From assembly GCA_946537975.1 (NCBI GenBank), contig CAMNGG010000290.1, positions 1 through 57,815 on the forward strand: a stretch of DNA of 57,815 bases, written 5' to 3'. Both the position numbers and the translations under genes were made by a program. The stretch comes from an uncultured Treponema sp. (GTDB lineage Bacteria > Spirochaetota > Spirochaetia > Treponematales > Treponemataceae). Positions 27,137 through 37,632 of the stretch are shown piece after piece. Within the stretch, counting starts at the first letter, position 1. Every line of letters starts with the position of its first letter. Under the pieces are notes generated by a model. The model did no database searches and had not been told where the DNA came from. It was given only the letters and a program-made list of their open reading frames with translations.

Positions 27137-28135
27137 ATGAGAAAAGACGACATTCTGGATTTATCAAATACTTATTCCTATAAACTTGATTTGAGCAGAA
27201 TTAAGCAGGAATTACCAAAAAGTCCTAAGAAACACAGAGCACCTGCAAAACGCTACATCTGTCTCGATCTGGAAATGACAGAGTTTACTACATCACAAAG
27301 ATGTTTTGTCCCAGGTGCAAACGGTGAAATAATTCAGTTTGGCGCTGTCATGCTAGATGAAAACTATAACATGCTCAGTGAATTCAGCTCTTACGTAAAA
27401 CCTGTTTACAGTTCAGTTACCCCTATAATCAATCAGCTTACAGGTATATCAAATAAAAATCTTGAAAAGGCCGATGACTTTCTAACTGTATTTGATAAAT
27501 TTTGCTACTGGCGTGGAGAAGGTGATATTACAACCTTCTGCTGGAGTAGGGCTGATTTTAATCAGCTTTGGAGTGAGCTTGAAGCAAAAGGCAAACACCG
27601 ATATGACCTCTTCAGAACTTTGCATGATTTTGTAGACTTGCAGGATATCTTTGGAAAACTTGTTTCTTCAAAAATATCAGTTAGTCTTGAATCTGCCATG
27701 AGACACCTTCAGATGAATTTCGAAGGACAGGTTCACACTGCATTAAGCGATTCTTTCAACACTGCCCTTATTCTTCATAAACTTTTCTGCACAGAAAGTC
27801 TTGAATTTGATTTTGAATATATCAATCCATCAAAAGAAACTCCAGCAAACAATCAAAAAGAAGCAGCAGAATATAACTGTGCGTTTGCAAGCTTTCTTTC
27901 TCCAGAACTTCTTGCACAGTTTGGATATTCCGATACTCGTACAGAGTCAGAAGCTGAAGAATATTCTTATGAAGAGGCCTCAGAAGACTTACAGGTTCTG
28001 GAAACATCCCCGTTATACGGAATGGTAGATAATCAGGAAATTGCAGAGCTTTGTTCAAAATACAATATAGAAGTCCAAAGCTGGCTTAAGCTGGCAACAG
28101 AAGTCATGAATACACAGGAAATGCAGGTTGCATAA
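27137..28135 (+). CDS. DEDDh 3'-5' exonuclease, copy 2 (paralogue of 16477-17472)
   Basis: CLDLEMT; EIIQFGAV; HTALSDS; identical C-terminus VQSWLKLATEVMNTQEMQVA. Confidence 0.88.
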   Translation: MRKDDILDLSNTYSYKLDLSRIKQELPKSPKKHRAPAKRYICLDLEMTEFTTSQRCFVPGANGEIIQFGAVMLDENYNMLSEFSSYVKPVYSSVTPIINQLTGISNKNLEKADDFLTVFDKFCYWRGEGDITTFCWSRADFNQLWSELEAKGKHRYDLFRTLHDFVDLQDIFGKLVSSKISVSLESAMRHLQMNFEGQVHTALSDSFNTALILHKLFCTESLEFDFEYINPSKETPANNQKEAAEYNCAFASFLSPELLAQFGYSDTRTESEAEEYSYEEASEDLQVLETSPLYGMVDNQEIAELCSKYNIEVQSWLKLATEVMNTQEMQVA

Positions 28136-28146
28136 GGAGGCCAAAA

Positions 28147-28656
28147 ATGCCAAATGAGAAATCACCAAAACTCGTATTTGAATATGACTGTATGTGCTGG
28201 TTTGGAAACAGTTTTAATCTCAAACTTTATGAAGATGGCTGTTTAATTCGCTTAAATTACGGCTATTCCAAACTTGGGCCGGAAGACCGTCTTACGGATG
28301 ATGTTGAATATCAGGTAATAAACAGTCCCGATTTAGCAAAAGCAATAAAGCAACTCATAAAAGAAAATAAAGAAGAATTAAAGAATCTTTCGAAAGACAT
28401 ATCAAATCCTAGTATCTGCGATGGTGCCGGAGAAACTTTTAGATTCGGTCGCATGAAATTCGAAGGCTCAAATGTTCTCACGGAATCAATGGAAGGTTAC
28501 AAAGAGAACTTCAAAAAATATAATTACCCCGTGCTCGGTTGGGAAGAAGAACTCTTACAGTTCCAGAGGCTCTTTAAGAAGTTTCAGAATAAGTTCCATG
28601 AATATGTGGATGAACCTCTTTTTAATGGGGAAGAGAGGGAAGAGGAGGAGGATTAA
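28147..28656 (+). CDS. Hypothetical protein
   Basis: AAGGAGG RBS overlapping the exonuclease stop; 169 aa. Confidence 0.7.
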   Translation: MPNEKSPKLVFEYDCMCWFGNSFNLKLYEDGCLIRLNYGYSKLGPEDRLTDDVEYQVINSPDLAKAIKQLIKENKEELKNLSKDISNPSICDGAGETFRFGRMKFEGSNVLTESMEGYKENFKKYNYPVLGWEEELLQFQRLFKKFQNKFHEYVDEPLFNGEEREEEED

Positions 28657-29137
28657 AGCCCTTAAAGAAATCTACCTTTTGATAAAGCGGATGCGGTGGA
28701 TAGCCTGCTTTGGTCAGATTATTGATGTAGAATAAATGAGCATTATATTTCTTTAGCAGATTCAGAATATCTTCAAAACACGAGGATAAATACTTTCTCT
28801 TGCTGATTCCATTTCCAAATGCCAGCCAGACATCTACGTTTGTCCGTGATTTTAAGAGATTTTCTATTTCGCAAAGATTTTGTTCGTGTAATGCTATATC
28901 ACAGTCTTTTGGCAGGTCTTTAGGTTTTGTTGCCCGAAGGGGATAAAGATTAAGCATGATAAATCCGTCATAACCATTGTATTCTGCAATTCGCATTGTA
29001 AATTGCATTGTAGGGTCAGGAGATGATTCATCTGCGGTACTCGGGTTAAGACCAATAACGAATAGAGGTCTTTGTCCTTCCTGAATAAGAGCATATCGTG
29101 TGTTTTTGTCACCAATTTGTTTTGGATGGTATTTCAT
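28622..29137 (-). CDS. DUF1643-family protein (start uncertain, 29137 or upstream)
   Basis: RYAL...VIGLNPSTADE...DPT...NLYPLRATKPKDL...WLAFG...LTKAGYPPHPLY. Confidence 0.82.
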   Translation of the reverse strand: MKYHPKQIGDKNTRYALIQEGQRPLFVIGLNPSTADESSPDPTMQFTMRIAEYNGYDGFIMLNLYPLRATKPKDLPKDCDIALHEQNLCEIENLLKSRTNVDVWLAFGNGISKRKYLSSCFEDILNLLKKYNAHLFYINNLTKAGYPPHPLYQKVDFFKGFNPPPLPSLPH

Positions 29138-29331
29138 AAGAAAATGGTTTTCTGGGGATATTAATGTGAAATCCCTGAATATAATAAATTTAGCATTTGA
29201 ATATTCTATTGTCAAATAAAGAGATGGGAAGAATAAGTGTTTTTCAATAACAAGTTATCCATATTTTATGAATTTCGTGTTATAATAGAATAATAGACGT
29301 TAATTACAAAAAGCAAGGAGTCTTAGCAATA

Positions 29332-32214
29332 ATGTTTGATTTTGGTAATGCCAATGAAGCTCAAATTGAAGCAATAAAGTCTACAGATGGGCCTCTCTTG
29401 ATTATTGCTGGACCGGGAACTGGAAAAACTTTTACCCTTGTTCAACGAGCTATTTATCTTATCCAAGAGAAAGGTGTTGCACCTGAATCAATCATGATTG
29501 CAACCTTTACAGAAAAGGCTGCAAAAGAACTTATTACTCGTATTTCCAATGCTCTTCTTGAACGTAATATAAAAGCAAACATTAATGAAATGTATGTAGG
29601 AACCTTTCACTCAATCTGTATGAGGTTTCTAAAAGAACATCTTGAATATACAACGTTAAAAAAGAATTACAGAATGCTCGATGCCTTTGACCAGAATTAT
29701 ATGGTTGAAGAAAATATGTATCATTTCAATAACATAGATAATATTAATTTAATTCTTCCTGCAAAAGGTGGTGTTTGGAAGAAAGCTAAGATTATTTGTG
29801 ATTATGTAAATAAGTTACAAGAAGAGTTTGTTACTTCAGAACAATTATTAGAATCTCAAGATGAAACTTATCAAGTTCTTGGTCATGTTATGGAAAAGTA
29901 TGAGAAACTTCTTAAAGACCAGAATTATATTGATTTTACTAGAATCCAAACAGAAGCTTATGCATTATTAGAAAATAATCCTGATATCTTAAAAGAGATT
30001 CAGTCAAAATTGACTTATTTCATGATAGACGAATATCAAGATACAAACTCTATTCAGGAACAGCTTCTTATGCTTCTTTGTAGTACCTCAGAAAATGTTT
30101 GTGTTGTTGGTGATGATGATCAGGGATTATATCGTTTCCGCGGTGCAACAATTCGTAATATTCTTGAATTCCCTGCAAGATTTGATTATGGAAAATGTAA
30201 GATAATAAAGCTTGTTAAAAACTATCGTTCAAATAAAGATATTGTTGATTTTTACAACAACTGGATGGTAACTACAAGTGGTAAAGGTTTTAAATTCTGC
30301 TGGGAAGATGGCGGGAAAAATTACCGTTACGACAAGCAGATTATAGCTGACCGTTCAAATATTCCTGATGACAATGCAGTAATCAAACTATTAGCAGATG
30401 ATGAATCTGACTGGCATGAAAATATTTTAAGCTTTATAAAGGAACTACAAGATCAGAAAAAAATTACAGATTTGAATCAGATTGCTTTTTTATTTAAGTC
30501 AGTAACACTTGAAAAAGTAATTAACCTTTCAAATTATTTGGAAAGTCATGGAATCAATGTTTATTCTCCTCGCTCTGAAATGTTTTTTCAGCGCAAAGAA
30601 ATAAAACTATTCTTTGGCTGCTTCCTTGCTATGTTCCCAGAATTTTTTGAAGGAATAGAAAATAACGAATGGGAATGGCTAGGGGCTCTAAGAGATTATT
30701 ATTTGGACTGTGTTCAATTCTTTAATGATGAAATCCTTGTACATAAAACAGAACACATGGATCTTTTGAAATTCATTACAACTTGTGGTGCTCGTCACAC
30801 AGGTTTACAGAAGAATACAGACTACGCTTTTGCAGGACTTTTCTATCAACTTCTTGAGTTTGCACCATTTAGAACTTATTTAGGTGCTGATATTGATAGT
30901 GGAGTAATAGACTTAAGGCCATCAAGAAACCTTGCCGCCTTATCACAGTTACTTACAAAATTCGAATTCTTACATAGAGTAGAGGTTTTTACCGCAAAGA
31001 ATATAGAAAATGCTCTTAAAGACTTCTTTTTAAAGTATATACGTTTTTTATATACAGGTGGCATTGGTGAATACGAAGATGATTCCGAATATGCTCCAAG
31101 TGGATGCGTGTCTTTCCTTACAATTCATCAGTCAAAAGGAATGGAGTTTCCGATTGTTATAGTTGGATCTCTTACATCAAACTGCAAAGACAATGAAAAT
31201 GCTTTGGTAACTGAAATTGTAGAAAAGTTTACAGGCCGAACTGCTTATGAACCTAAAGATGAAATTAAATACTTTGATTTCTGGCGATTATATTACACAG
31301 CTTTTTCTAGAGCAGAGAGTCTTCTTGTTTTGACTAACTATAAAAAACCGAATAAATACTTTTTGGATCATACAAATAAACTTGAATCCTATGATTCATC
31401 AAAATTTGATATTACAAAGTTTGATTTTGAAAAGATAAAAGATGTAAATATAAAAGATACATTCTCTTTTACAAGTCACATTCTTTTATATAAGAACTGT
31501 CCTATGCAGTATAAGTTTTATAAAGAACTGGAGTTTTCTCCAGTCCGTGTAGGTTCAACATTGTATGGGCAACTTGTACATGAAACAATAGAAGATATTC
31601 ATAAGGCTGCAATAAAAAAAGAAGCAGAAACAATTACTCCTGAGAATATTGCTCTTTGGTTTGATACAAATTATGAAACCCTTTCAAAGAACCAACATTC
31701 ATATCTTGCAGGACCACAGAAAGAAGCTGCATTGAACAGTGTTCTTCGTTATGCAGAACGAAATGGTAAAAACTGGGATGCAATACAGGAAGCCGAAGTG
31801 CCAGTTACTTTGGTAAAAGAAGATTACATTCTTGAAGGTAAAATAGACCTCATAAAAGGAGACGGAGATACTGTTGAGATTATCGATTTTAAGGGACAGA
31901 AAAAACCAGATGTTAATTCTTCTGATCCAGATGTGAAAGCACAAATACAACAGTACAAGAATCAGCTTGAAGTATATGCGCATATTGTTGAACAGAAAAA
32001 TGGTGTAAAGGTAAGTAAAATGCACCTGTATTACACTGGAGAGGAAAACGGTGTTCCACAGATTACTTTTGAAAACAATAAGGCAGATGTACAACAAACA
32101 ATCAATGAGTTTGAGAAAATAGTACATTCAATTCAAAACAAAGATTTTAATCATAGATGTAAGAACCAGAAAACATGTAATGAATGTGATATGCGTTTTT
32201 ACTGTAAGAAATAA
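29332..32214 (+). CDS. UvrD/PcrA-like helicase with C-terminal PD-(D/E)XK nuclease and Cys cluster
   Basis: AGPGTGKT; IDEYQD; GDDDQGLYRFRGA; TIHQSKGMEF; GKIDLI...IIDFK; C..C cluster at the end. Confidence 0.9.
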   Translation: MFDFGNANEAQIEAIKSTDGPLLIIAGPGTGKTFTLVQRAIYLIQEKGVAPESIMIATFTEKAAKELITRISNALLERNIKANINEMYVGTFHSICMRFLKEHLEYTTLKKNYRMLDAFDQNYMVEENMYHFNNIDNINLILPAKGGVWKKAKIICDYVNKLQEEFVTSEQLLESQDETYQVLGHVMEKYEKLLKDQNYIDFTRIQTEAYALLENNPDILKEIQSKLTYFMIDEYQDTNSIQEQLLMLLCSTSENVCVVGDDDQGLYRFRGATIRNILEFPARFDYGKCKIIKLVKNYRSNKDIVDFYNNWMVTTSGKGFKFCWEDGGKNYRYDKQIIADRSNIPDDNAVIKLLADDESDWHENILSFIKELQDQKKITDLNQIAFLFKSVTLEKVINLSNYLESHGINVYSPRSEMFFQRKEIKLFFGCFLAMFPEFFEGIENNEWEWLGALRDYYLDCVQFFNDEILVHKTEHMDLLKFITTCGARHTGLQKNTDYAFAGLFYQLLEFAPFRTYLGADIDSGVIDLRPSRNLAALSQLLTKFEFLHRVEVFTAKNIENALKDFFLKYIRFLYTGGIGEYEDDSEYAPSGCVSFLTIHQSKGMEFPIVIVGSLTSNCKDNENALVTEIVEKFTGRTAYEPKDEIKYFDFWRLYYTAFSRAESLLVLTNYKKPNKYFLDHTNKLESYDSSKFDITKFDFEKIKDVNIKDTFSFTSHILLYKNCPMQYKFYKELEFSPVRVGSTLYGQLVHETIEDIHKAAIKKEAETITPENIALWFDTNYETLSKNQHSYLAGPQKEAALNSVLRYAERNGKNWDAIQEAEVPVTLVKEDYILEGKIDLIKGDGDTVEIIDFKGQKKPDVNSSDPDVKAQIQQYKNQLEVYAHIVEQKNGVKVSKMHLYYTGEENGVPQITFENNKADVQQTINEFEKIVHSIQNKDFNHRCKNQKTCNECDMRFYCKK

Positions 32215-32231
32215 ATCAGGAGAAAAACAAA

Positions 32232-34076
32232 ATGGCAGAACCAGAACAGTTAACATTTGAATTTGACGCAACAAAACCTATAAAGGGCTTTCCAGAGATT
32301 TGGTGGAAAGGAAAACATCCATATACTTCTACTCAATATTTCCCAGCGCAGAAAAAAGAACGCTATGGATCAAGTAAAGAATTTGTAGATAAAGATGGAA
32401 AAACTAAGGACTGGATTAATAAGATTTTCTGGGGTGACAACATTCAAGTAATGAGTCATCTTCTTAAAGAATTTCGCGGAAAAGTTGATTTGATTTATAT
32501 TGATCCACCGTTTGATAGCAAGGCGGATTATAAAAAGACAGTAAAACTAAAGGGAAAAACAATTCAAAATGACCAAAACTCTTTTGAACAGAAACAATAT
32601 GGCGATATTTGGTCTAATGACGAATATCTTCAATTCATGTATGAAAGACTAATACTATGTCGTGAATTGCTTTCAAATAAGGGGGCGATTTATTTACATT
32701 GTGATTGGCATAGAGTTCATCACTTACGAAACATAATGGATGAAATTTTTGGACCAGAAAATCTTTTAAATAGTATTGTTTGGATGTATTCTACTCGAAG
32801 TGCGATAAAGTCATCGTGGAAAAGGACTCATGATGATTTATTGTTCTACAAAAAAAGTGAAAATCCCACTTTCAATTGGAACGATGATATGGTTTTGGAA
32901 CCTTTGTCTGATTCTACAATAAAGAAGTATAAATATGAAGATGAGGTTGGTAAGTATAGATTATGTGGCCGAAATATTAAAGGAAGTCCTATACGGAGTG
33001 CAAAGGATGTTAGTCCAGATTATGAAATAACACATCCTGAATGGGTAGTGCGAGATTATCTACGAGAAGGGAAATCAGCCAATGATTATTTTTTTATAGA
33101 TATAGAAAATCAGGCTTCAAAAAATAGAACCGATTATCCAACACAAAAACCAGAAGAGCTTTTATATAAATTAATTTCTGCTTCATCAAATCCTGGAGAT
33201 CTTGTTTTCGACTGTTTCATGGGTTCTGGAACAACTCAAGCCGTAGCGATGAAACTCGGCCGTCGTTTTATTGGGGCAGATATTAACCTCGGTTCAATCC
33301 AAACAACAACTAAACGACTCTGCAGTATACAAAAAGAAATAGAATCAACACTTGATAAAGATGATAAATTTACAGGTTTTGAAGTTTATAATGTAAATAA
33401 TTACGACTTCTTCCAGAATCTTGTACAGGCCAAGGAACTTCTTATTGAAGCGCTTGAAATGCAGAAGTTTGATAGCGGATCTGTATTTGATGGAGAGAAA
33501 GACGGTTATAATGTTAAGATTCTTCCTGTAAATCGCATTGCAACAAAAGCAGATTTGGAAGAGCTTAAAGCAAATCTGCCTTTCAAAACATATGCTAAGC
33601 GCAAGGAAGAAAATCCAAATGAACCGGTAGATAAAATCATGTTTGTTTGTATGGGACATGAACCAGACCTTGCAGGAAGTTTCCAGCTTGAGCTTTCAAA
33701 TTGGAAATTTGATATTAAGATTTACGATATTCTCTTACCAGAAAATAAACAGCCTTTACTTTTAAAGCGAGATTCTGAGGCATTTATAAAGAAGGAAGGA
33801 AACAAACTTGTTATAAAGAGTTTCTATCCTATGAACCTTATGCAAAAGCTTTCACTAGAAAAAGAAAAAGTAGATAACTGGAAGCAGCTTACTGAATCTG
33901 TAATGATTGACTGGAATTACGATGGTGCAGTTATGGAGCCAACTGTAATGGATGTTCCAGAGAAAGATGGCCTTGTTTCTGGTGTTTATGAAATACCTTC
34001 AAATGCAGGAAGAATCATGGTAAAGATTACAGATCTTTTGTCTGAAAGTCTTGAAGTAGAAGTTGAGGTAGAATAA
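32232..34076 (+). CDS. mod: Type III R-M modification methyltransferase
   Basis: IYIDPPF; YPTQKPE; DCFMGSGTT (beta-class order); directly upstream of a Res-like gene. Confidence 0.85.
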   Translation: MAEPEQLTFEFDATKPIKGFPEIWWKGKHPYTSTQYFPAQKKERYGSSKEFVDKDGKTKDWINKIFWGDNIQVMSHLLKEFRGKVDLIYIDPPFDSKADYKKTVKLKGKTIQNDQNSFEQKQYGDIWSNDEYLQFMYERLILCRELLSNKGAIYLHCDWHRVHHLRNIMDEIFGPENLLNSIVWMYSTRSAIKSSWKRTHDDLLFYKKSENPTFNWNDDMVLEPLSDSTIKKYKYEDEVGKYRLCGRNIKGSPIRSAKDVSPDYEITHPEWVVRDYLREGKSANDYFFIDIENQASKNRTDYPTQKPEELLYKLISASSNPGDLVFDCFMGSGTTQAVAMKLGRRFIGADINLGSIQTTTKRLCSIQKEIESTLDKDDKFTGFEVYNVNNYDFFQNLVQAKELLIEALEMQKFDSGSVFDGEKDGYNVKILPVNRIATKADLEELKANLPFKTYAKRKEENPNEPVDKIMFVCMGHEPDLAGSFQLELSNWKFDIKIYDILLPENKQPLLLKRDSEAFIKKEGNKLVIKSFYPMNLMQKLSLEKEKVDNWKQLTESVMIDWNYDGAVMEPTVMDVPEKDGLVSGVYEIPSNAGRIMVKITDLLSESLEVEVEVE

Positions 34077-34078
34077 CT

Positions 34079-36814
34079 ATGGCAAAAGAGAAGAATAGTT
34101 TTGACCAAGTCTTAGCTTTTGACCGCCAGCTCTGGTATTTTTACACTTGTAACCGTGGAAAAATACGCAGCCGCTATAATGAAAGAACAAAGGCTTTTCT
34201 TGACTACAACGACAAAGATAAGAGAAGTGATGCATATTTAAGGCGACCTCAGTTTGAAGCTCTTGAAATGTATGTTTTTATCAAAGAGTTTTTGGATAAC
34301 AAACAGATTAAAGATATCTTTGATGATTGGGCTAATAAACGAGGAGACTTTTCTGAACGTTCATTTTATTCTGTAGATAAAGATGGAATTCCAGATATGT
34401 TTGCTGATGTTACAAAAGAGCAAACAAAGATTACTTTTAAACAGATGGAAAATGTTCTAGAAGAGTATCCTAATTACATTTATGCACTTGCTATGGGACT
34501 TGGAAAAACAACTCTAATGGCAACCTGTATTTTTTATGAGTTTTATCTTGCTAATAAATACCAAAAAGATCCAAAATATTGTCACAATGTAATCGTATTT
34601 GCACCTGATAAAACAGTTTTACAGTCTCTTAAAGAAATCATAACAATCGACAAATCTTTAATTGTTCCAAAAGAAGCTGCTGAGGTTCTTGATGCCAATA
34701 TCAAGGTTCATTATCTGGATGATACAAGTACAAGTTTGAATACACTCCGAAACTCTGATTTTAATATTATTATTTCTAACACTCAGAAAATTATTGTAAA
34801 GAAAAGAAGTAAAGAACTTTCTGCTGCAGAAAAATTAAAGAATATGCCTAGTCTTTTAGCAGGCTTGTATGAAGATGAAGAATTGCGGGAAGGAGATAAC
34901 TTAATTAAAAATTCTCGGTTTGAAAATCTTTGTAAACTTAAGCAGCTTGGAATTTATGTTGATGAGGCTCATCACTTGTTTGGAGCTGATCTTGAAAAAG
35001 CTCTTCATGAGAAGAAAGAAGGGGCAAGTTCGACTTCTCTTCGTATGACCATAAACATGATTAATGACAGCCTTAAAAAAGATGGTTCTTCTATTGTTGC
35101 TTGTTATAATTATACAGGTACTCCTTATGTAAAAAATCAAGTTTTACCAGAAGTTGTTTATTCATGTGGTCTTCATGAAGCAATTCGAGCTGGTTACTTA
35201 AAAGATGCAAATCCACAAGGTTTTGATAATGTAAAAGATAAAGATTTCTTAATTGCTTCAATTAAGCGTTTTATGGATACATATAAAGGTAAAACCTATG
35301 AAGGTCTTCTTCCTAAAATGGCAATTTATGCTGCAACTGTTGAAGAAGCTATAAATGTGGTAAAGCCAATTGTAGAGGAAGCAATTGCCGATTACGGTCT
35401 TTCTGCAAAGAGTGTCATTGTAAATGTAGGAGATTCGAAATATACAAAAGAAGAAGATATCAATAACTTTAACAATCTTGATATTGTAGATACAGAAGGT
35501 TCAAAAAAACAGTTCATAATTCTTTGTGAAAAGGGTACTGAAGGTTGGAACTGTCGTTCTCTTTTTGCTGTTGCTTTGTTCCGTGATTCTTTTTCTAAAG
35601 TATTTGTTTTACAGAGCACAATGCGTTGTTTGCGTTCAATAACAAAAGAACAACATACTGCACAGATTTTCTTGTCAAAGAATAATATGGATATTCTGGA
35701 TGCAGAATTACATGCAAACTTTAATATGTCAATTAAGGATTTGAATAACAAGGAGAAGAAAGAAAAGAAGACATATCATGTAAAGGTCAATCCACCACCT
35801 CGTTATTTACATGTTAAAGTAATTCATCATGAATATTCTCTTACAGAAAATGAAAAGACGGGTGCAATTGATTTTGGGCTCAGAAATGCAGATTTATCAA
35901 AATATAAAGCTAAAATTTATGTTAAGCATGGAATGACAAGTTCTTCTACTGTAAAAGAAGAATCTGCAGATAAGTATGTGGAACGCACGGAATACAGTTT
36001 GTTTACTTTGGTTGGGGAACTTTCCCGATATATGAATATTTCTTGTATTAAACTTCAGACTTTGCTTGAAGAAGCAAAAGATGGAATTGAACTGATTCTT
36101 GAAAAAGTAAATCTGTACAACGATATTGTTTATGAAATACTTGTACCGAAGATTTTCCATCATCTTTATAAAATTGACTGCATTAAAACTACTGAAGAGA
36201 AGAAGCTTCTGTTCTTAAAAGAGCCAAAAGATTCAGGTTATTACGAGTTTAAAGCTGATGAAAATCTTGTTGTTTGTGAGAGTAGTGATGAATATAAGGC
36301 ATACAAACAGAAGAGTTTCCATGCCGATACATATTGTTTTGACTCTAAGCCTGAAGCTGAACTTTTTGACCAATACATGAAGAGTAATAAAGTTAAAGAG
36401 GTTTACTTTACTGGTATGTTTACCAGTGACCAGAGTGAACTTGGTATTCAATATGTTGATCCTGAATCTCATCGTGTTCGTCATTATTATCCAGATTTTA
36501 TTGCAAAGATGGATGATGATACCTATGAGATTATCGAAGTTAAAGGTGATAATAAGTTAGATGATGCTGTTGTAAAAGCAAAAGCGGAAGCTGCTGAAGA
36601 AATTGCTACAGAAAGTTCTATGACATATAAGATGTATGCAGGAAGTGAAGTGCAGAAAACCTATGTCTTAGAATCAGATAGCAAAGCTAATTATTTACAC
36701 CATAATAGATACAAGCAGAATGACTTAGATATTATAGAGAACTTAGGAGATGAGAATAATTTTTCTGAAGAAGCTGCTGATAAAAAGAGTGGTTATGGGA
36801 AAGACGAAGAATGA
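34079..36814 (+). CDS. res: Type III R-M restriction subunit (SF2 ATPase + PD-(D/E)XK)
   Basis: AMGLGKT; VDEAHH; YTGTP; TEGWN; YYPDF...IIEVKG. Confidence 0.82.
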   Translation: MAKEKNSFDQVLAFDRQLWYFYTCNRGKIRSRYNERTKAFLDYNDKDKRSDAYLRRPQFEALEMYVFIKEFLDNKQIKDIFDDWANKRGDFSERSFYSVDKDGIPDMFADVTKEQTKITFKQMENVLEEYPNYIYALAMGLGKTTLMATCIFYEFYLANKYQKDPKYCHNVIVFAPDKTVLQSLKEIITIDKSLIVPKEAAEVLDANIKVHYLDDTSTSLNTLRNSDFNIIISNTQKIIVKKRSKELSAAEKLKNMPSLLAGLYEDEELREGDNLIKNSRFENLCKLKQLGIYVDEAHHLFGADLEKALHEKKEGASSTSLRMTINMINDSLKKDGSSIVACYNYTGTPYVKNQVLPEVVYSCGLHEAIRAGYLKDANPQGFDNVKDKDFLIASIKRFMDTYKGKTYEGLLPKMAIYAATVEEAINVVKPIVEEAIADYGLSAKSVIVNVGDSKYTKEEDINNFNNLDIVDTEGSKKQFIILCEKGTEGWNCRSLFAVALFRDSFSKVFVLQSTMRCLRSITKEQHTAQIFLSKNNMDILDAELHANFNMSIKDLNNKEKKEKKTYHVKVNPPPRYLHVKVIHHEYSLTENEKTGAIDFGLRNADLSKYKAKIYVKHGMTSSSTVKEESADKYVERTEYSLFTLVGELSRYMNISCIKLQTLLEEAKDGIELILEKVNLYNDIVYEILVPKIFHHLYKIDCIKTTEEKKLLFLKEPKDSGYYEFKADENLVVCESSDEYKAYKQKSFHADTYCFDSKPEAELFDQYMKSNKVKEVYFTGMFTSDQSELGIQYVDPESHRVRHYYPDFIAKMDDDTYEIIEVKGDNKLDDAVVKAKAEAAEEIATESSMTYKMYAGSEVQKTYVLESDSKANYLHHNRYKQNDLDIIENLGDENNFSEEAADKKSGYGKDEE

Positions 36815-37623
36815 GCAATGCTTTTCTGAAATGGCCAGGAGGAAAAAACTGGTTTATAAAACATCTGAATACTATTCTTCCAGAAGATTTCCAATACAAT
36901 AGGTATGTTGATCCTTTTGTGGGAGGGGGCTCTGTCTTTTTTGCATTAAATCCACAAGAAGCTATACTGTCAGACATTAATCAAGAATTGATAACTACGT
37001 ATCAGGCCGTTCGAGATAATTGTGCACAAGTAAAACGGATGTTGAATAACCATATAAATAATCATAATGAAGCGTACTATTATCAAATCAGAGATGCAAA
37101 TTATAGAGCCCCTGTTTCGATAGCGGCTAGAATGCTTTATTTAAATCATACATGTTTCAATGGGATCTATAGAGTTAATAAAGATGGAAGATTTAATGTT
37201 CCAATTGGAACAAATAATTTAGAGTTTTTTGATTCAAATTATTTGGATGAGAAAGCCCAAAAACTTCGAAATAAGCAAATTGTGTGTCAGAACTTTTTGA
37301 ATACGATCAATGAAACGCAACAAGGGGACTTCCTTTTTTGTGATCCCCCATATGCTGTGAAGAATGAGGAAAATAGATTTGTCGGGTATACACGAAATTT
37401 GTTTTCTTGGGAAGATCAGGAACGTTTAGCAGGGGCATTAGAAGTTGCGGCAGTAAATGGTGTACGAATATTGGAAACAAATGTGAATCATCCAGCGATT
37501 GTTGAGCTTTATGAAAATATTCCTGGAGTCCATTTGCAAGAAATTAGTAGGTATACTTCTATTTCTGGTACAAAAGAGGCTAGAACACAATACAGTGAAT
37601 TAATTATAACTATAAATATATAG
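36811..37623 (+). CDS. Dam-family (D12 class) N6-adenine DNA methyltransferase
   Basis: LKWPGGK; DPFVGGGS; FNGIYRVN..G.FNVP; DPPY; ATGA overlap with res. Confidence 0.9.
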   Translation: MSNAFLKWPGGKNWFIKHLNTILPEDFQYNRYVDPFVGGGSVFFALNPQEAILSDINQELITTYQAVRDNCAQVKRMLNNHINNHNEAYYYQIRDANYRAPVSIAARMLYLNHTCFNGIYRVNKDGRFNVPIGTNNLEFFDSNYLDEKAQKLRNKQIVCQNFLNTINETQQGDFLFCDPPYAVKNEENRFVGYTRNLFSWEDQERLAGALEVAAVNGVRILETNVNHPAIVELYENIPGVHLQEISRYTSISGTKEARTQYSELIITINI

Positions 37624-37632
37624 GAGACGAAA

